Below the pieces are notes generated by a model. That model did not search any database. It was not told where the DNA came from and saw nothing but the letters and a program-made list of their open reading frames with translations. This document shows positions 27,372-38,242 of a stretch of 64,000 nucleotides of DNA, in pieces. The stretch comes from Candidatus Saccharimonadota bacterium. Lineage in GTDB: Bacteria > Patescibacteriota > Saccharimonadia > UBA4664. The stretch's first letter is position 1. The number at the start of each line of letters is the position of its first letter. The stretch lies in NCBI GenBank assembly GCA_019352195.1, contig JACAFG010000002.1:167820-231819 (forward strand). Direction: 5' to 3'. The position numbers and the translations under genes were made by a program.

Positions 27372-28328
27372 TTGGCAGCGGGGCCTTCCTCACGTATCGT
27401 TACAATTACGATGGAAAATGACCTCTCCGTAGTACCAAAAAAACGCTTCGCACGGCCTTGGCGTACGGCTTTTCAGTTTGCACTCGTATTACTTATTATG
27501 GTGTCGCTAGGTAATTATCAGTATTTTTTGGATGAGTATGCGCTGGCAACTTACCATGCTCCGGCGGATATTGCGGCTTTAGAAACTCCTCTCGGTCTGA
27601 CCCGTACGGCACAGGCAATTGCGGATCGGGCGCAACCGCAAATTGATGAAAAAGCGGCCTTTAATCGAGATTGCCAGACTTCGGTGGGCGAATTAGAGCT
27701 CGGTTGCTACACGCATGGGCGCATTTATATTCTCAAAATTAGTAGCCCCAGCTTGCAACCCGAAATGGAGACGGTTTTGGCGCACGAAATTTTGCATGCG
27801 GCCTGGAACCGAATGAGCACAGTCGACCGGCTGAAGTTGGGCAATGAGCTAGAGACGAGGTATCACGAGCTTAAAGATACTGAACTCACTTCGCGAATGG
27901 CATCGTACGCCAAAACTGAGCCAGGCGAAGAAGCGAATGAACTCCATTCGATTTTGGGTACCGAGCAGACGAACTTGGCGAACTCAGATCTTGAGTCTCA
28001 CTATCTAAGCTATTTCACCAATCGCGCCGCTATAGTGGCGGCTCATCAGGACTACCAGGCGGTATTTACGAGCCGCGGCCGAGAACTCGCCCAGCAGTTG
28101 GCGACTATTAAGTCGCTGGAAGCGCAGCTCGATGTGCTGAACGCCCGCATGACCAGCGATAATACCCGCGGCCTTATTTCGGCATACAACGCGTTAGTGC
28201 CATCACAGAATCGTTTGGTGGATCAAGTAAATGGTCTTATTAGAAGCTATGACGCCAGTGTTGATGAATATAATGCGCTTTCGGCCAGCATTGATTCGAA
28301 TCAGCTTTCAACTGAGCCGGGAGTATAG
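27372..28328 (+). CDS. membrane-anchored HExxH metallopeptidase-like protein
   Basis: N-terminal TM, HEILH motif, then a coiled-coil C-terminus. Confidence 0.45.
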   Translation: MAAGPSSRIVTITMENDLSVVPKKRFARPWRTAFQFALVLLIMVSLGNYQYFLDEYALATYHAPADIAALETPLGLTRTAQAIADRAQPQIDEKAAFNRDCQTSVGELELGCYTHGRIYILKISSPSLQPEMETVLAHEILHAAWNRMSTVDRLKLGNELETRYHELKDTELTSRMASYAKTEPGEEANELHSILGTEQTNLANSDLESHYLSYFTNRAAIVAAHQDYQAVFTSRGRELAQQLATIKSLEAQLDVLNARMTSDNTRGLISAYNALVPSQNRLVDQVNGLIRSYDASVDEYNALSASIDSNQLSTEPGV

Positions 28329-28370
28329 TCTCGTCTGTTCGTAAGCGCAAAATGTTGGCTAACAAAAGAG

Positions 28371-28398
28371 AAAAGCGCTTGGCAAAGCGCTTTTCGTG
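28371..28398. terminator. bidirectional intrinsic terminator
   Basis: AAAAGCGCTT-ggc-AAAGCGCTTTT between convergent genes. Confidence 0.7.
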
Positions 28399-28502
28399 GT
28401 GATGGAGTTTGTGTTGTTTTGTTTTGAGTACTTTTTTTGTGCAGGTACCTATAGGTAGATTAATACGCTCATGCTTGCTCGTCAAGCACACTTTTCAACT
28501 TT

Positions 28503-28946
28503 TTATCGAACGACGTTGCGCGCTATCTCCCGATCGGTGTCGCGGGCTTTAATACTGGCTCGCTTGTCGTAATTTTTTTTGCCGCGACCAATACCTATTT
28601 CAATTTTCACAAGATTGCGTTCGAGACCAATTATTGTCGGAACGACACTCATACCATTTTGCTTGGCAGCAACCAATTGGGCCAACTGTCGGCGGTGCAG
28701 GAGCAGCTTGCGATGGCGGGTGGGATCGATGGCACTCATTTGCCGTGACGAGTGGTCGTAAGGCGTAACATGCGCCCCCATGAGCCAAGCCTCGTTGTTT
28801 TGGAGGCCAATAAAGCTGCCTTTAAGGCTGAGCTTAGCTGCCTTGATACTTTTAACTTCGTCGCCCGTGAGCACGATTCCAGCTACCAATCGCTCGTCGA
28901 GCTGGTAGTCGTAGGTGGCGCGTTTGTTTTTGGCTAGGAGTTTCAT
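28503..28946 (-). CDS. smpB: SsrA-binding protein SmpB
   Basis: MKLLAKNKRATYDYQLDERLVAGIVLTGDEVKSIKAAK aligns with the SmpB N-terminus. Basic C-terminal tail. Start moved to 28946. Confidence 0.9.
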   Translation of the reverse strand: MKLLAKNKRATYDYQLDERLVAGIVLTGDEVKSIKAAKLSLKGSFIGLQNNEAWLMGAHVTPYDHSSRQMSAIDPTRHRKLLLHRRQLAQLVAAKQNGMSVVPTIIGLERNLVKIEIGIGRGKKNYDKRASIKARDTDREIARNVVR

Positions 28947-29055
28947 TGCTCTATGGTAACAAATCGGTAAGGCCAACAGCTAATGAACGAGCAAAAAGGG
29001 AACTGACTAATGAGCCGAATTGCGGCTCAAGCCTATTCCCCGTTATAATCAGACA

Positions 29056-30729
29056 ATGATTCGCCAACACATTGCAACCGTGCTGCAGCAAGCCGTAAAA
29101 ACTAAGTATCAGCTCGACGTACCGGAAGTAGAGGTAACACTTGCGAGTGGCGAGTTTGGCGACTACGCCTCTAATGTGGCTTTTGGATTGGCAAAACAGT
29201 TAGGAAAAGCACCACGCGCGATAGCTGCTGAAATCGCCGATGGCTTGTCCGACGATGTAATTGCTCGCGCCGAAGCGGCGGGAGCAGGGTTTATTAACTT
29301 TGATCTCACTGATGAGGCGCTATTAAAGCGGGTGGCTGGGGCAACAGTGATAGCGCCAACCTATGAGGGTAAGGTGGTAGTAACCGAGTACTCAGATCCT
29401 AACCCCTTTAAGGTGCTGCACGTTGGGCACCTCTATACGACGGTGGTAGGGGACGCTATTAGTAACCTTATTCGCGCGGCTAGTGGCCAAGTACATCCCG
29501 TTAACTTTGGTGGTGATATTGGTTTACACGTTGGAAAAACGCTGTGGGCAATCATTCGCGATTTTGGCGGCGAAAATCCGGCCAAATTAGCAGATATTGT
29601 GGAGGCCGATCGTTCTGAGTGGATGGCCGGGTGTTACGTCGCGGGCACGCAGGCTTACGACGCCGATGAGACCGCTAAGGCGGCTATTATGGATCTTAAT
29701 GTTCGGGTCTACAAGCTGGTTGATGATAATGACCATGAATCTGCCCTGGCACAAATATATTGGACGTGTCGCGGTTGGAGTTATGATTATTTCAACCAAT
29801 TTTACGCTCGAATTGGAAGCAGTTTTGAACGTTATTACCCAGAAAGTGAGACCGGTCCGATTGGGCTTGCTACGGTTAAAGACCAACTGAAAAAAGGCGT
29901 TTACAGCGAGAGCAAGGGGGCAGTAGTTTTTGACGGTGAACCTTATGGGCTTCACACACGGGTTTTTATTACTTCCCAAGGTCTGCCAACCTATGAGACC
30001 AAGGATCTGGGGGGCATTATATCGAAGTGGAACGATTATAAGTTTGACCGCTCCATTGTGATTACTGGCAACGATATCATCGAATATATGAAAGTCCTGC
30101 TAAAAAGCGTAGAGCAGTTTGCTCCCGAGCTAGCACTGCGAACTACTCATATAACACATGGCAACGTAAAACTCTCAGGCGGAGTAAAAATGAGCTCGCG
30201 CAAAGGTAATTTTTTACGGGCATACGACGTGCTTGATTTGGTAAGCGAGGCCAACGCCTCAGCCAATGGCAATAACGATGACACTGTTATGCTGGGTGCG
30301 GTTAAATACAGTTTTCTCAAATCACGCGTTGGTTCAGATATCGTGTTTATTCCCGAAGAATCAGTGGTGCTTGATGGCAACAGCGGGCCGTATTTGCAAT
30401 ATGCGCACGCGCGGGCGCGAAGTATTTTGGCGAAATCTGGAGGTCTAAAACCTCAGACTGCTTTAGGACTAGTGGGTGATGAGCGAGCCCTCGCGGTGAA
30501 GATTGCTGAATATAGTGACGTAGTGGACCGAGCCGTTGCCGAGTTATTGCCGCATTACGTCTGTACCTATTTGTATGAACTAGCACAAGTTTTCAATCGA
30601 TTTTATGAACATAACCGTGTGCTTGGTGATGAGCGAGAAACGATGCGACTCAATTTGGTAGCTTGGTATGCGGGTGTTTTGAAAAGCGGACTTGAGCTGT
30701 TGGGGATCGAAGCACCCGAACGTTTATAG
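29056..30729 (+). CDS. argS: arginine--tRNA ligase
   Basis: HIGH-type motif (HVGHLYT), KMSK-type motif (KMSSRKG), and a DALR-like anticodon-binding C-terminus. Start set at MIRQHIATVL. Confidence 0.9.
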   Translation: MIRQHIATVLQQAVKTKYQLDVPEVEVTLASGEFGDYASNVAFGLAKQLGKAPRAIAAEIADGLSDDVIARAEAAGAGFINFDLTDEALLKRVAGATVIAPTYEGKVVVTEYSDPNPFKVLHVGHLYTTVVGDAISNLIRAASGQVHPVNFGGDIGLHVGKTLWAIIRDFGGENPAKLADIVEADRSEWMAGCYVAGTQAYDADETAKAAIMDLNVRVYKLVDDNDHESALAQIYWTCRGWSYDYFNQFYARIGSSFERYYPESETGPIGLATVKDQLKKGVYSESKGAVVFDGEPYGLHTRVFITSQGLPTYETKDLGGIISKWNDYKFDRSIVITGNDIIEYMKVLLKSVEQFAPELALRTTHITHGNVKLSGGVKMSSRKGNFLRAYDVLDLVSEANASANGNNDDTVMLGAVKYSFLKSRVGSDIVFIPEESVVLDGNSGPYLQYAHARARSILAKSGGLKPQTALGLVGDERALAVKIAEYSDVVDRAVAELLPHYVCTYLYELAQVFNRFYEHNRVLGDERETMRLNLVAWYAGVLKSGLELLGIEAPERL

Positions 30730-30776
30730 GTAGAGTTGCCACCGTTGCGATCGAAAATTGCGCGTGTCGCACAATA

Positions 30777-32804
30777 CTAATGCGACGGCTGAAAACTCAC
30801 AATTCGTCCATCAGCGCTGGCATAGTAGGTTTTAGAAGTTGGATCGTAAACGGCGTCGCTTAAGACTTTGATGCCGGACAGCGAATATTGGCCGATAAAA
30901 CTCAGTGTCGTGGCGTCCGACCAAACGCCAATGCGGCTACTGGACGAGTCTACGCCAATGAGCTGGCTTGCGCTGGTGGGACGGAGCCTAGCCAAATTCG
31001 TAAGTCCCGAACGCGCCGGTACACTGGTAGTGGCAGCCCCCGCCAAGTATTGGTAGAGACCGTCACTACCCCCAAGGTAGACAAAACCATCAACCGCTAG
31101 CGACGAGGGGTTTGGCACGGTAGTTGTGCCGCTGAGGTAAGCGACGCCGGGCGAGAAGCCGGTGCTGGTACGAACATGTTTTTCGATTTGGCTTCCTGAG
31201 AGTAAGTATAAGTTCCCGGCGTATGAGGATATGGCGCTGGCTGGCTCCCAGCCGCTGAGACCCAATGATAATTGCGCTAGCGAATTGCCGTTGAATTTAT
31301 AAAACCAAACGGATGGTTGGGCCGTTAGCAGATATATCCCGTCACCGGTGCTCGAAAGCGTGGTGGCGACAACCTTGCCGACTTTCGAGGTATCAACTGA
31401 AGCCTTTTTAACCAAATTTGTTGCTAAATCTACAACATATATTGTGCCGTTCGCGCGATCTACTGCATAAACCGAACCGGCATTTACCTCAATAAAGCTT
31501 GGAGTAGCACCTTTAAAGGCAGTGAAATTTGCTACTGTGGTTGGTGTTACCATTACGAGACCATCAAGCTGGTTGAGGGCGCTATTAACGCTGGCCAGGA
31601 GAAGGTTAGAAGTTTTTGGAGCCCCTGAGACGAGCGTTGCCTTGGCCAAAAGTCGGTTAAGTTGGGTTTGACGCGGCGTGAGGGAAATGAGGTCATTTTG
31701 TACCGCCGTTAGGGCAGCACGCTTGGAGTTGGGGTCGGTTATTTGCGTGGCCGATATATAGTTTTGATAGTCATGTTGATATTGTGTCAACAATTTGTCA
31801 TTTGCACTCGTAGTAGATTGGTGCCAAACAAAGCCCCCAGCAATAACAATTAATACTGCGAGTCCAATGAGCGCCCTGCGAGCAATTCTCTGGCCAGTCC
31901 ACATGCTTTTACTGGCTTCAGCTGCCATGGCGCTGACTTGTTTAATCTTAGGCCTGGTTTGATCCCATCCCGAACGAGCAGCACGCCCGGCTCTAAGCCC
32001 AGTAGCCATTGTCGCCTGAGCAATAGGTGCGGCCATGAGCTTCGCCGCCTCAAGGGGATTATCGGGCGCGCCTAGAGTGACGTCGCTAGGTTGGTCGGTA
32101 CGAACTTGCAGCGCGGCTAATTCGGGAGTCGTAACCTCAATGACAAGGGCAGCAATCCGGCTGGCATCGCTGCCTTTTAGTAGCTCAGTGAGCTCGGCGA
32201 TGGCCGTATTAGGACTGGTGGAACTTACGACGTCGTGGAGCTTAGGTAAAGAGATCTGGTGTACGAGCGCAGGTGTGGCCATAAGGATGTGATCGCCGGC
32301 CTCCAGAAGCCCGCTTGCGACCAGACCAAAAGTCTTGGCCGGACCAGTTGGTCGGCTGCCCGTACTGGTAGTTATTCGTGTGCTAGCGCCATGACGATAC
32401 AGATACGCCTCTGAGCTGCCGCTGTGAGTGAGATGCAATTCGCCGTCAGATTGAACTGCAACGACCGCGCTGAGTTTACCGATCCAAGACGCATTGCCTT
32501 GATTTACGAGCTCGCCCAACGCACTATTGGTGGCTTTAGTAGCAAACTCGAACCGAGTGAGCGAGTCGTTGTCGCCTTGCGCTGGGTCGTAGTATGCAGT
32601 CTGAAACGAGTTGATAATCGTATCGCCAACATCTTCGCCAGGACGGCCTGAAACGAGGACCTCGACAATTATAAAGAGACTTCCTAGTCTGCTTAGTGGA
32701 TCGTCTGCAGTGAGCTCGTACACAACGGCACTGACAAAGCTCGGCACTTGCTTCGGCCGCTTGGCGTAGGGAACGAGCCGTGCTGTACGAGTGATCAGCT
32801 CCAT
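30777..32804 (-). CDS. membrane protein with a degenerate PP2C/SpoIIE-like domain, single TM and extracellular beta-propeller-like domain
   Basis: PPM-like blocks (VQSDGELHLTHSGSSEAYLY; LLEAGDHILMATPAL), a TM at ~aa 370 and repeated YxxD/ANGTIYVVD strands. Start set at MELITR (32804). Confidence 0.5.
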   Translation of the reverse strand: MELITRTARLVPYAKRPKQVPSFVSAVVYELTADDPLSRLGSLFIIVEVLVSGRPGEDVGDTIINSFQTAYYDPAQGDNDSLTRFEFATKATNSALGELVNQGNASWIGKLSAVVAVQSDGELHLTHSGSSEAYLYRHGASTRITTSTGSRPTGPAKTFGLVASGLLEAGDHILMATPALVHQISLPKLHDVVSSTSPNTAIAELTELLKGSDASRIAALVIEVTTPELAALQVRTDQPSDVTLGAPDNPLEAAKLMAAPIAQATMATGLRAGRAARSGWDQTRPKIKQVSAMAAEASKSMWTGQRIARRALIGLAVLIVIAGGFVWHQSTTSANDKLLTQYQHDYQNYISATQITDPNSKRAALTAVQNDLISLTPRQTQLNRLLAKATLVSGAPKTSNLLLASVNSALNQLDGLVMVTPTTVANFTAFKGATPSFIEVNAGSVYAVDRANGTIYVVDLATNLVKKASVDTSKVGKVVATTLSSTGDGIYLLTAQPSVWFYKFNGNSLAQLSLGLSGWEPASAISSYAGNLYLLSGSQIEKHVRTSTGFSPGVAYLSGTTTVPNPSSLAVDGFVYLGGSDGLYQYLAGAATTSVPARSGLTNLARLRPTSASQLIGVDSSSSRIGVWSDATTLSFIGQYSLSGIKVLSDAVYDPTSKTYYASADGRIVSFQPSH

Positions 32805-32895
32805 CTTGCCCACACTTGTTATGCTTAATATTAACACGCAAGAGTCTATCTGGACAGATGGTGTCAAATGCTGCGAGCTCCTATAAGATAGGAAC

Positions 32896-35799
32896 ATGAA
32901 TGATTTGGACGGCCTTAACGACGCGCAGAGCCAAGCAGTAACGCATGTGGCTGGGCCGCTTCTCGTGGTGGCGGGTGCGGGCACAGGTAAAACCAAGGTT
33001 ATAACCAGTCGGATCGGATACTTAATCTCGAATGGTCATGCGAAGGCGTCTGAAATTTTGGCTTTAACGTTTACCGAAAAAGCCGCCCGAGAGATGAGCG
33101 AGCGGCTGAGTGGACTCATCGGCTGGGAAGCCTTGAGTGTATCGACCATGACGTTTAATGCCTTTGGTGCGCAGCTACTGGGTGACTATGGGGTTCATAT
33201 TGGTCGTAAAACAAACGGCGGATTACTCAACGAAACCCAAAAAGCGTTGTTACTAATGCAACGATATGACGATATCACGTTCAAATATTACGGTCCTCAA
33301 GCCGATACGTACGGCTTTGTATCACAAATCATAGAATATATTGGTAGACTTCAAAACGCTGGTGTTTCGGCAAGCCGATATAATGACTTTGTTGCGAAAT
33401 TGGTTAAAAACGAAGAGCTTAGTAGTGCCGACATTGCCGAGCAGCATGACTTATCCTCGCTTTACAGCACCTATGAAGCGGCCAAACAGGCAACTGGTAC
33501 CTACGATTACTACGATCAACTGGCGTTGCCTCTAGAAATACTAAGGCGTCAGCCTCATTTGGCAGCACGGCTGCGTAGGCGCTATAAATACATTTTGGTT
33601 GATGAATATCAGGATACCAGTCCGGTGCAGGACGCGCTGCTGAGAGAATTGGTTCCGCCTGGTGGAAACTTGTTTGCCGTGGGCGACGATGATCAGGCGA
33701 TCTACGGGTTTCGAGGCGCGGACATTGCAAATATCTTAGATTTTACAAGCCATTATCAGGTTGAAATTCCGGTCGCGTTGGTGCAAAACTACCGCAGCGG
33801 CCAACCCATTCTAGACGCGGCATACCGGCTGATTGTTCACAATAATCCCGAACGGCTGGAGACGAAACTGGGACTTAATAAACGGCTCATTGCCGCTGAC
33901 AATGATGGGATTGTAGTGTTTCGCGCCTACCGTAGCCCGAGCAGCGAGCTGTCAGCGGTCACGCAAGACTTGCAACAACGATTGTTCAATGGCACGAAAG
34001 CGAGTGATATGGCGGTGTTGGCTCGAAGCAACGACAAATTGCGGCAGTACGCAACGAGTTTGCGACAGCGCGGTATCCCATTTGCTATCTCAACGGCCGT
34101 TAATATCTTTGAGCAGCGAGAACTAATTCAACTGTGGTACGCGCTTAACTGGACCGCTAATATAGTTCGCGAAGAGGCCATTGGGCACGTTGCAATGGGC
34201 CCATATGGCGGTATGAAAGCTAGTGAGTGGCGCGAAGTAGCTGATACGGCACGCGCGGACCTCAGCGGACTTGAATCGGCACTGCGGGCGGTAGCAGATG
34301 ACGGCCAAGAAGCTGCTCAGCGGTTGGTGGTGAAATTGGATACTTGGCGCGAGTGGGCTCTTGAGCTGAGCGTGGGTGAGCTAGCCTACCGCATGGTATT
34401 TGAGGCTACGGCCGATGAGATTCCCGTGGGACTGGCATTGCGAGAGCGGGCGATGGCCAGCGATGGCGACACCCAGATGCGGATTTTTCGCGTTTTTGAT
34501 GACTTGGCTCGGCTATTCGGCCAAATGAACGACTACCTGACGGTGCAAGAGCTGACCACTGGTGATCGCAGTTTGGCCGGCTACTTAGCGGTATTTCCGG
34601 TGCCACCCTCACTTGAAGTGAGTGAGACCGATGGCGAGGCTGATGGTATTCAACTGCTGACAGTTCATGCCTCCAAGGGATTGGAGTTTCCGGTGGTGTT
34701 CCTCGTTAATACCACCGAAACTGCTTGGCGTGAGCGTAGCGGAGGTGGCGGACTGGTAGTGCCGGAGCAGTTGCAAATCACTCAGGACCTGCCGGGCGTT
34801 CATGAGCAGCGCCGGCTGATGTATGTAGCGGCAACTCGAGCCAAAACCGAGCTCGTAATTACCGCGCCGGTAGCATCGGAAGGAGGTCAAAAACAGCGTG
34901 TTAGTCAGTTGGTTACCGAACTACTAGGTGCTGAACCCGAGTTGTCGATTGAGCCGGAGAGCGACGATATTGTCGATAAATCGATGCAAAAAATACAACG
35001 ATACGCTCCGTTACAGAGTCAGTTGCCGCCTCATTTGCCGTATGAGAAAGCCGATGGCTGGATTCATCTGAGTGTAAGTGACTTGTATGCGTATAGTCGA
35101 GATCCTCATAGTTTTATGCTGGAGAAAATACTTAAACTCGGCGAAACAGCGAGCTGGAAAGCTGCTTTTGGCGTGCTTATTCACGCCGTAATTCAGACGT
35201 ATTATGAGGCGGTGCGTGATGGAATTAGCCCCAATAAGTCCGAAATGATGGAGCTTGTACGTACCAAATGGAGCACCCGTGGCTTTGAAACACCGGCCCA
35301 GGCTGAGGCTGGTTTGAAGTTGGCGCTGAGCACGGTGACTTCGTTTTATGAGCGCGAGCAGGCGACGCCGCGCGTAATTCGGGCGATTGAACATCCGCTC
35401 AGTTTAGAGATTCCCGAAGCCAAGCTACGTATTTCCGGCCGCATTGACGCCATGTTCGATACGGCCGATGGGGTGGAGATACGCGACTTTAAGACTGGCG
35501 ATAAGCGCGATGAAGATAAGCTGGGTGACGCGGCGCGGGATAGTTTTCAGTTGCGGACCTACGCCTTGGGGCTGCTGGATTTAAGTGGTCAGGTGCCGGC
35601 GAAAGTTACGCTTGATTACGTAGTGACTGGGGTAGAAGGGAGTGCCACCTTGTCGCCGGTTATCATCAAAAATCACCGTGAAAAGCTTATTAAACTGGCC
35701 GCTGGTTTGCGAGCGCACGATTTTACCCCTAAGGCTGGCTCGCCTGGACACCAGTCGCTAGCTGAGCGTTACTACGGATTGGGAGATGATGATGAGTGA
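32896..35799 (+). CDS. UvrD/PcrA-family DNA helicase fused to C-terminal PD-(D/E)XK nuclease
   Basis: Walker A (AGAGTGKTKV), motif II (VDEYQDTS), motif VI region, and C-terminal RIDAMFD...EIRDFKTG (D-EXK). Confidence 0.85.
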   Translation: MNDLDGLNDAQSQAVTHVAGPLLVVAGAGTGKTKVITSRIGYLISNGHAKASEILALTFTEKAAREMSERLSGLIGWEALSVSTMTFNAFGAQLLGDYGVHIGRKTNGGLLNETQKALLLMQRYDDITFKYYGPQADTYGFVSQIIEYIGRLQNAGVSASRYNDFVAKLVKNEELSSADIAEQHDLSSLYSTYEAAKQATGTYDYYDQLALPLEILRRQPHLAARLRRRYKYILVDEYQDTSPVQDALLRELVPPGGNLFAVGDDDQAIYGFRGADIANILDFTSHYQVEIPVALVQNYRSGQPILDAAYRLIVHNNPERLETKLGLNKRLIAADNDGIVVFRAYRSPSSELSAVTQDLQQRLFNGTKASDMAVLARSNDKLRQYATSLRQRGIPFAISTAVNIFEQRELIQLWYALNWTANIVREEAIGHVAMGPYGGMKASEWREVADTARADLSGLESALRAVADDGQEAAQRLVVKLDTWREWALELSVGELAYRMVFEATADEIPVGLALRERAMASDGDTQMRIFRVFDDLARLFGQMNDYLTVQELTTGDRSLAGYLAVFPVPPSLEVSETDGEADGIQLLTVHASKGLEFPVVFLVNTTETAWRERSGGGGLVVPEQLQITQDLPGVHEQRRLMYVAATRAKTELVITAPVASEGGQKQRVSQLVTELLGAEPELSIEPESDDIVDKSMQKIQRYAPLQSQLPPHLPYEKADGWIHLSVSDLYAYSRDPHSFMLEKILKLGETASWKAAFGVLIHAVIQTYYEAVRDGISPNKSEMMELVRTKWSTRGFETPAQAEAGLKLALSTVTSFYEREQATPRVIRAIEHPLSLEIPEAKLRISGRIDAMFDTADGVEIRDFKTGDKRDEDKLGDAARDSFQLRTYALGLLDLSGQVPAKVTLDYVVTGVEGSATLSPVIIKNHREKLIKLAAGLRAHDFTPKAGSPGHQSLAERYYGLGDDDE

Positions 35800-36331
35800 C
35801 GCCTCTCAGCTTAGTTTATCTCAGCCTAGCGGTAACAGTGATGGTAAGCGTGATGAGGCTTGGCTCCAAAGCCTGCTTGATGAGATTTGGGATCAGTCCT
35901 TCGGTGATGTACCACAAGTTAACGACGTGAGGATTATTTTTGGACGACGGGCCAAGCGCCGTTTGGGTAGCATTAGTCTTGATCCCGCTGACCCGAGGGT
36001 GTCGATCATTACGATGAACAGTCTGTTTAAATCGACTGATATACCGGAATTTATTGTGCGTGCCACGATTGTGCACGAACTCACTCATTATGCACATGGC
36101 TTCAATTCACCATTGGCGCGTGCTCAGGCTCATCCGCACGCGGGCGGGGTAATGCGTCGTGAATACGAGGAACGTGGACTGTTGCAGCTGTACCTTGATC
36201 AGAAGCGCTGGCTAAAGATCAATTGGCCCGCTGTCGTGGCTCGCGAATTTGCGCCTCGGCCTAGGCGCCCGGCCAGGGGGTCGTCGGCAGCCAGTGTTAA
36301 GTTACCAAAACCATGGTGGTTGGGAGGCTAG
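35786..36331 (+). CDS. DUF45/YgjP (SprT-like) zinc metallohydrolase
   Basis: HELTHYAHG motif. Overlaps the helicase stop by 14 nt. Confidence 0.55.
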   Translation: MMMSDASQLSLSQPSGNSDGKRDEAWLQSLLDEIWDQSFGDVPQVNDVRIIFGRRAKRRLGSISLDPADPRVSIITMNSLFKSTDIPEFIVRATIVHELTHYAHGFNSPLARAQAHPHAGGVMRREYEERGLLQLYLDQKRWLKINWPAVVAREFAPRPRRPARGSSAASVKLPKPWWLGG

Positions 36332-36380
36332 GAGATAGCCTTGCGAGGCTAAATCTGCTAATGTTAGCGAGTTCATGTAT

Positions 36381-36456
36381 CGGGGTGTGGCGCAGTTGGT
36401 AGCGTGCTGTGTTCGGAACGCAGAGGTCGCAGGTTCAAGTCCTGTCACCCCGACCA
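36381..36456 (+). tRNA. tRNA-Pro (anticodon CGG)
   Basis: Hand-folded cloverleaf: acceptor CGGGGTG/CACCCCG, D-arm GCGC-AGTTGGTA-GCGT, anticodon stem CTGTG/CGCAG with loop TTCGGAA (U33, CGG, A37), T-arm GCAGG-TTCAAGT-CCTGT, discriminator A, encoded CCA. Confidence 0.85.
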
Positions 36457-36603
36457 TCGGAATTATATTTGAGACGTCCCCGGTTGATTTGGTGAGCTTT
36501 TGCTCTTGGTATCGATTTCCTCTTAAACTTAAGCCGAGGGAGCTCGCGAATTGGATCTTACTCGCAGCTGTACCAAGTAAAAATATTGATTTGGACAAAC
36601 AAA

Positions 36604-36630
36604 AAGAGCGCTCTCTCGGCGCTCTTTCTT
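36604..36630 (+). terminator. intrinsic terminator
   Basis: AGAGCGC-tctctcg-GCGCTCT followed by TTCTT. Confidence 0.5.
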
Positions 36631-36840
36631 GAATAACTCTCCAAACCTGCACAACATATTCATTTTAGCGTAAGTATTAATGTTAGTAAAGTTATTTTTA
36701 TATGCAAATTCATTTAGATATGAATACATTCTTTATTATTATTAAGTGAGGCTAAACGATGTTAGAAAAGATAATACTTATGCTTCAAATGCTACAGGAT
36801 GATTTAGTTTTTCAATGCACATTTAGGCTATAATTACGCA

Positions 36841-38220
36841 ATGAGTCAGACCTGGGTACACGAAGCCAGAATCAAAGTCTTAAACGACGCTCGTGTTAAA
36901 TCCGAGGGGCGTTGTGTAATTTATTGGATGCAAAAAGATCAGCGCAGCCGCGACAACTGGGCATTGGTTCGGGCGATTGAACTGGCCAATCAATATGAGG
37001 TACCTTTGGTGGTCGCTTTTTTCGTGTGGGACGGCCTGAAAAATGCCTACCTGCGGCATTTTGAGTTTATGTTACGGGGTTTAAGTGAAGTGGCAGCCGA
37101 TTTGGACCGGCAGCAAATCGGCTTTGTAATGCGCCGTGACGAGCCAGTACATGGGATTGTTGCCTTGAGGGAGGAATTACAGGCGCTGGCGGTTGTTACC
37201 GATCAAGGATATCTACGTCTTGCTAAACGCCGGAGAGAGCGGGCCGCACTAGCCTTAAGCGTCCCGCTTGAAGCGATTGATGCGGCTATGATTGTGCCGC
37301 CGGCGGTACTGAGTGATAAGCAGCTCTATGCTGCCTATATTGCCCGTCCGAAGCTACGTGATTATTCTGACGAATTTCTGACCAATTACCCAAGTCTGAG
37401 AGTTAAGGTTTCGTGGACGCTTCCTCTTGAGGGCCTTGAGGTAGCGCGACCCGACAGTATCCTGCATCAGTTGCGGCTTGATACCAGTGTTGGTCCGGTA
37501 AGCCAAGTGTCGGGGATGACTGGTGCTGAAGCAGTGCTCAAAGCATTCATTAAGGACGGGGTCGCTAGATATAAAGATGACAGTAATGATCCAACGGCTT
37601 CGTCGACATCGCAGCTGTCAGCCTACCTGCACTACGGGCAACTTTCAGCACAGCGAATTGCATGGGAGCTTAGGCATGCTCCGAGTTATGCGGCTAACCA
37701 GGATAGCACCGATAAGTATCTAGACGAACTTATAACCTGGCGGGAGTTGTCGACTAATTTTGTGTGTTACAACAATAACTATGATTCCTATGAAGGTTTG
37801 CCCGAATGGGCCCGCAAATCGCTCGAAATACATGCCAATGATGAGCGTGAGTTTGTCTACGATCTCAGTCAATTTGAAGCTGGCCTAACTCATGATGAGT
37901 TGTGGAATGCTGCGCAAATGGAAATGACGAAGTCAGGTCGCATGCACGGCTACATGCGCATGTATTGGGCTAAGAAGATTTTAGAATGGACATCATCACC
38001 CCAGATAGCTATTGATATTGCGGTCTATCTAAATGACAAGTATGAGCTTGATGGACGAGAGCCTGGAGGTTACGCTGGGATCCTTTGGGCAATTGGCGGT
38101 CTTCACGACCGGCCTTGGTTTGAACGCGAGATTTACGGACAAGTACGATATATGAATTACAACGGGGCAAAGAAGAAATTTAACGTGCCAGCGTACATTG
38201 CGCATGTAAACGACCTCTAA
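36841..38220 (+). CDS. class II CPD deoxyribodipyrimidine photolyase
   Basis: Class II N-terminal signature (VIYWMQKDQRSRDNWAL), an FAD-binding C-terminus, and conserved W residues. Confidence 0.85.
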   Translation: MSQTWVHEARIKVLNDARVKSEGRCVIYWMQKDQRSRDNWALVRAIELANQYEVPLVVAFFVWDGLKNAYLRHFEFMLRGLSEVAADLDRQQIGFVMRRDEPVHGIVALREELQALAVVTDQGYLRLAKRRRERAALALSVPLEAIDAAMIVPPAVLSDKQLYAAYIARPKLRDYSDEFLTNYPSLRVKVSWTLPLEGLEVARPDSILHQLRLDTSVGPVSQVSGMTGAEAVLKAFIKDGVARYKDDSNDPTASSTSQLSAYLHYGQLSAQRIAWELRHAPSYAANQDSTDKYLDELITWRELSTNFVCYNNNYDSYEGLPEWARKSLEIHANDEREFVYDLSQFEAGLTHDELWNAAQMEMTKSGRMHGYMRMYWAKKILEWTSSPQIAIDIAVYLNDKYELDGREPGGYAGILWAIGGLHDRPWFEREIYGQVRYMNYNGAKKKFNVPAYIAHVNDL

Positions 38221-38242
38221 CGCTGCAAGATGCATGGGTTTG

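Noticed and set aside
36302-36652. 116-aa minus-strand ORF
   Set aside because: It is the antisense of tRNA-Pro and the downstream terminator, so it is not coding.
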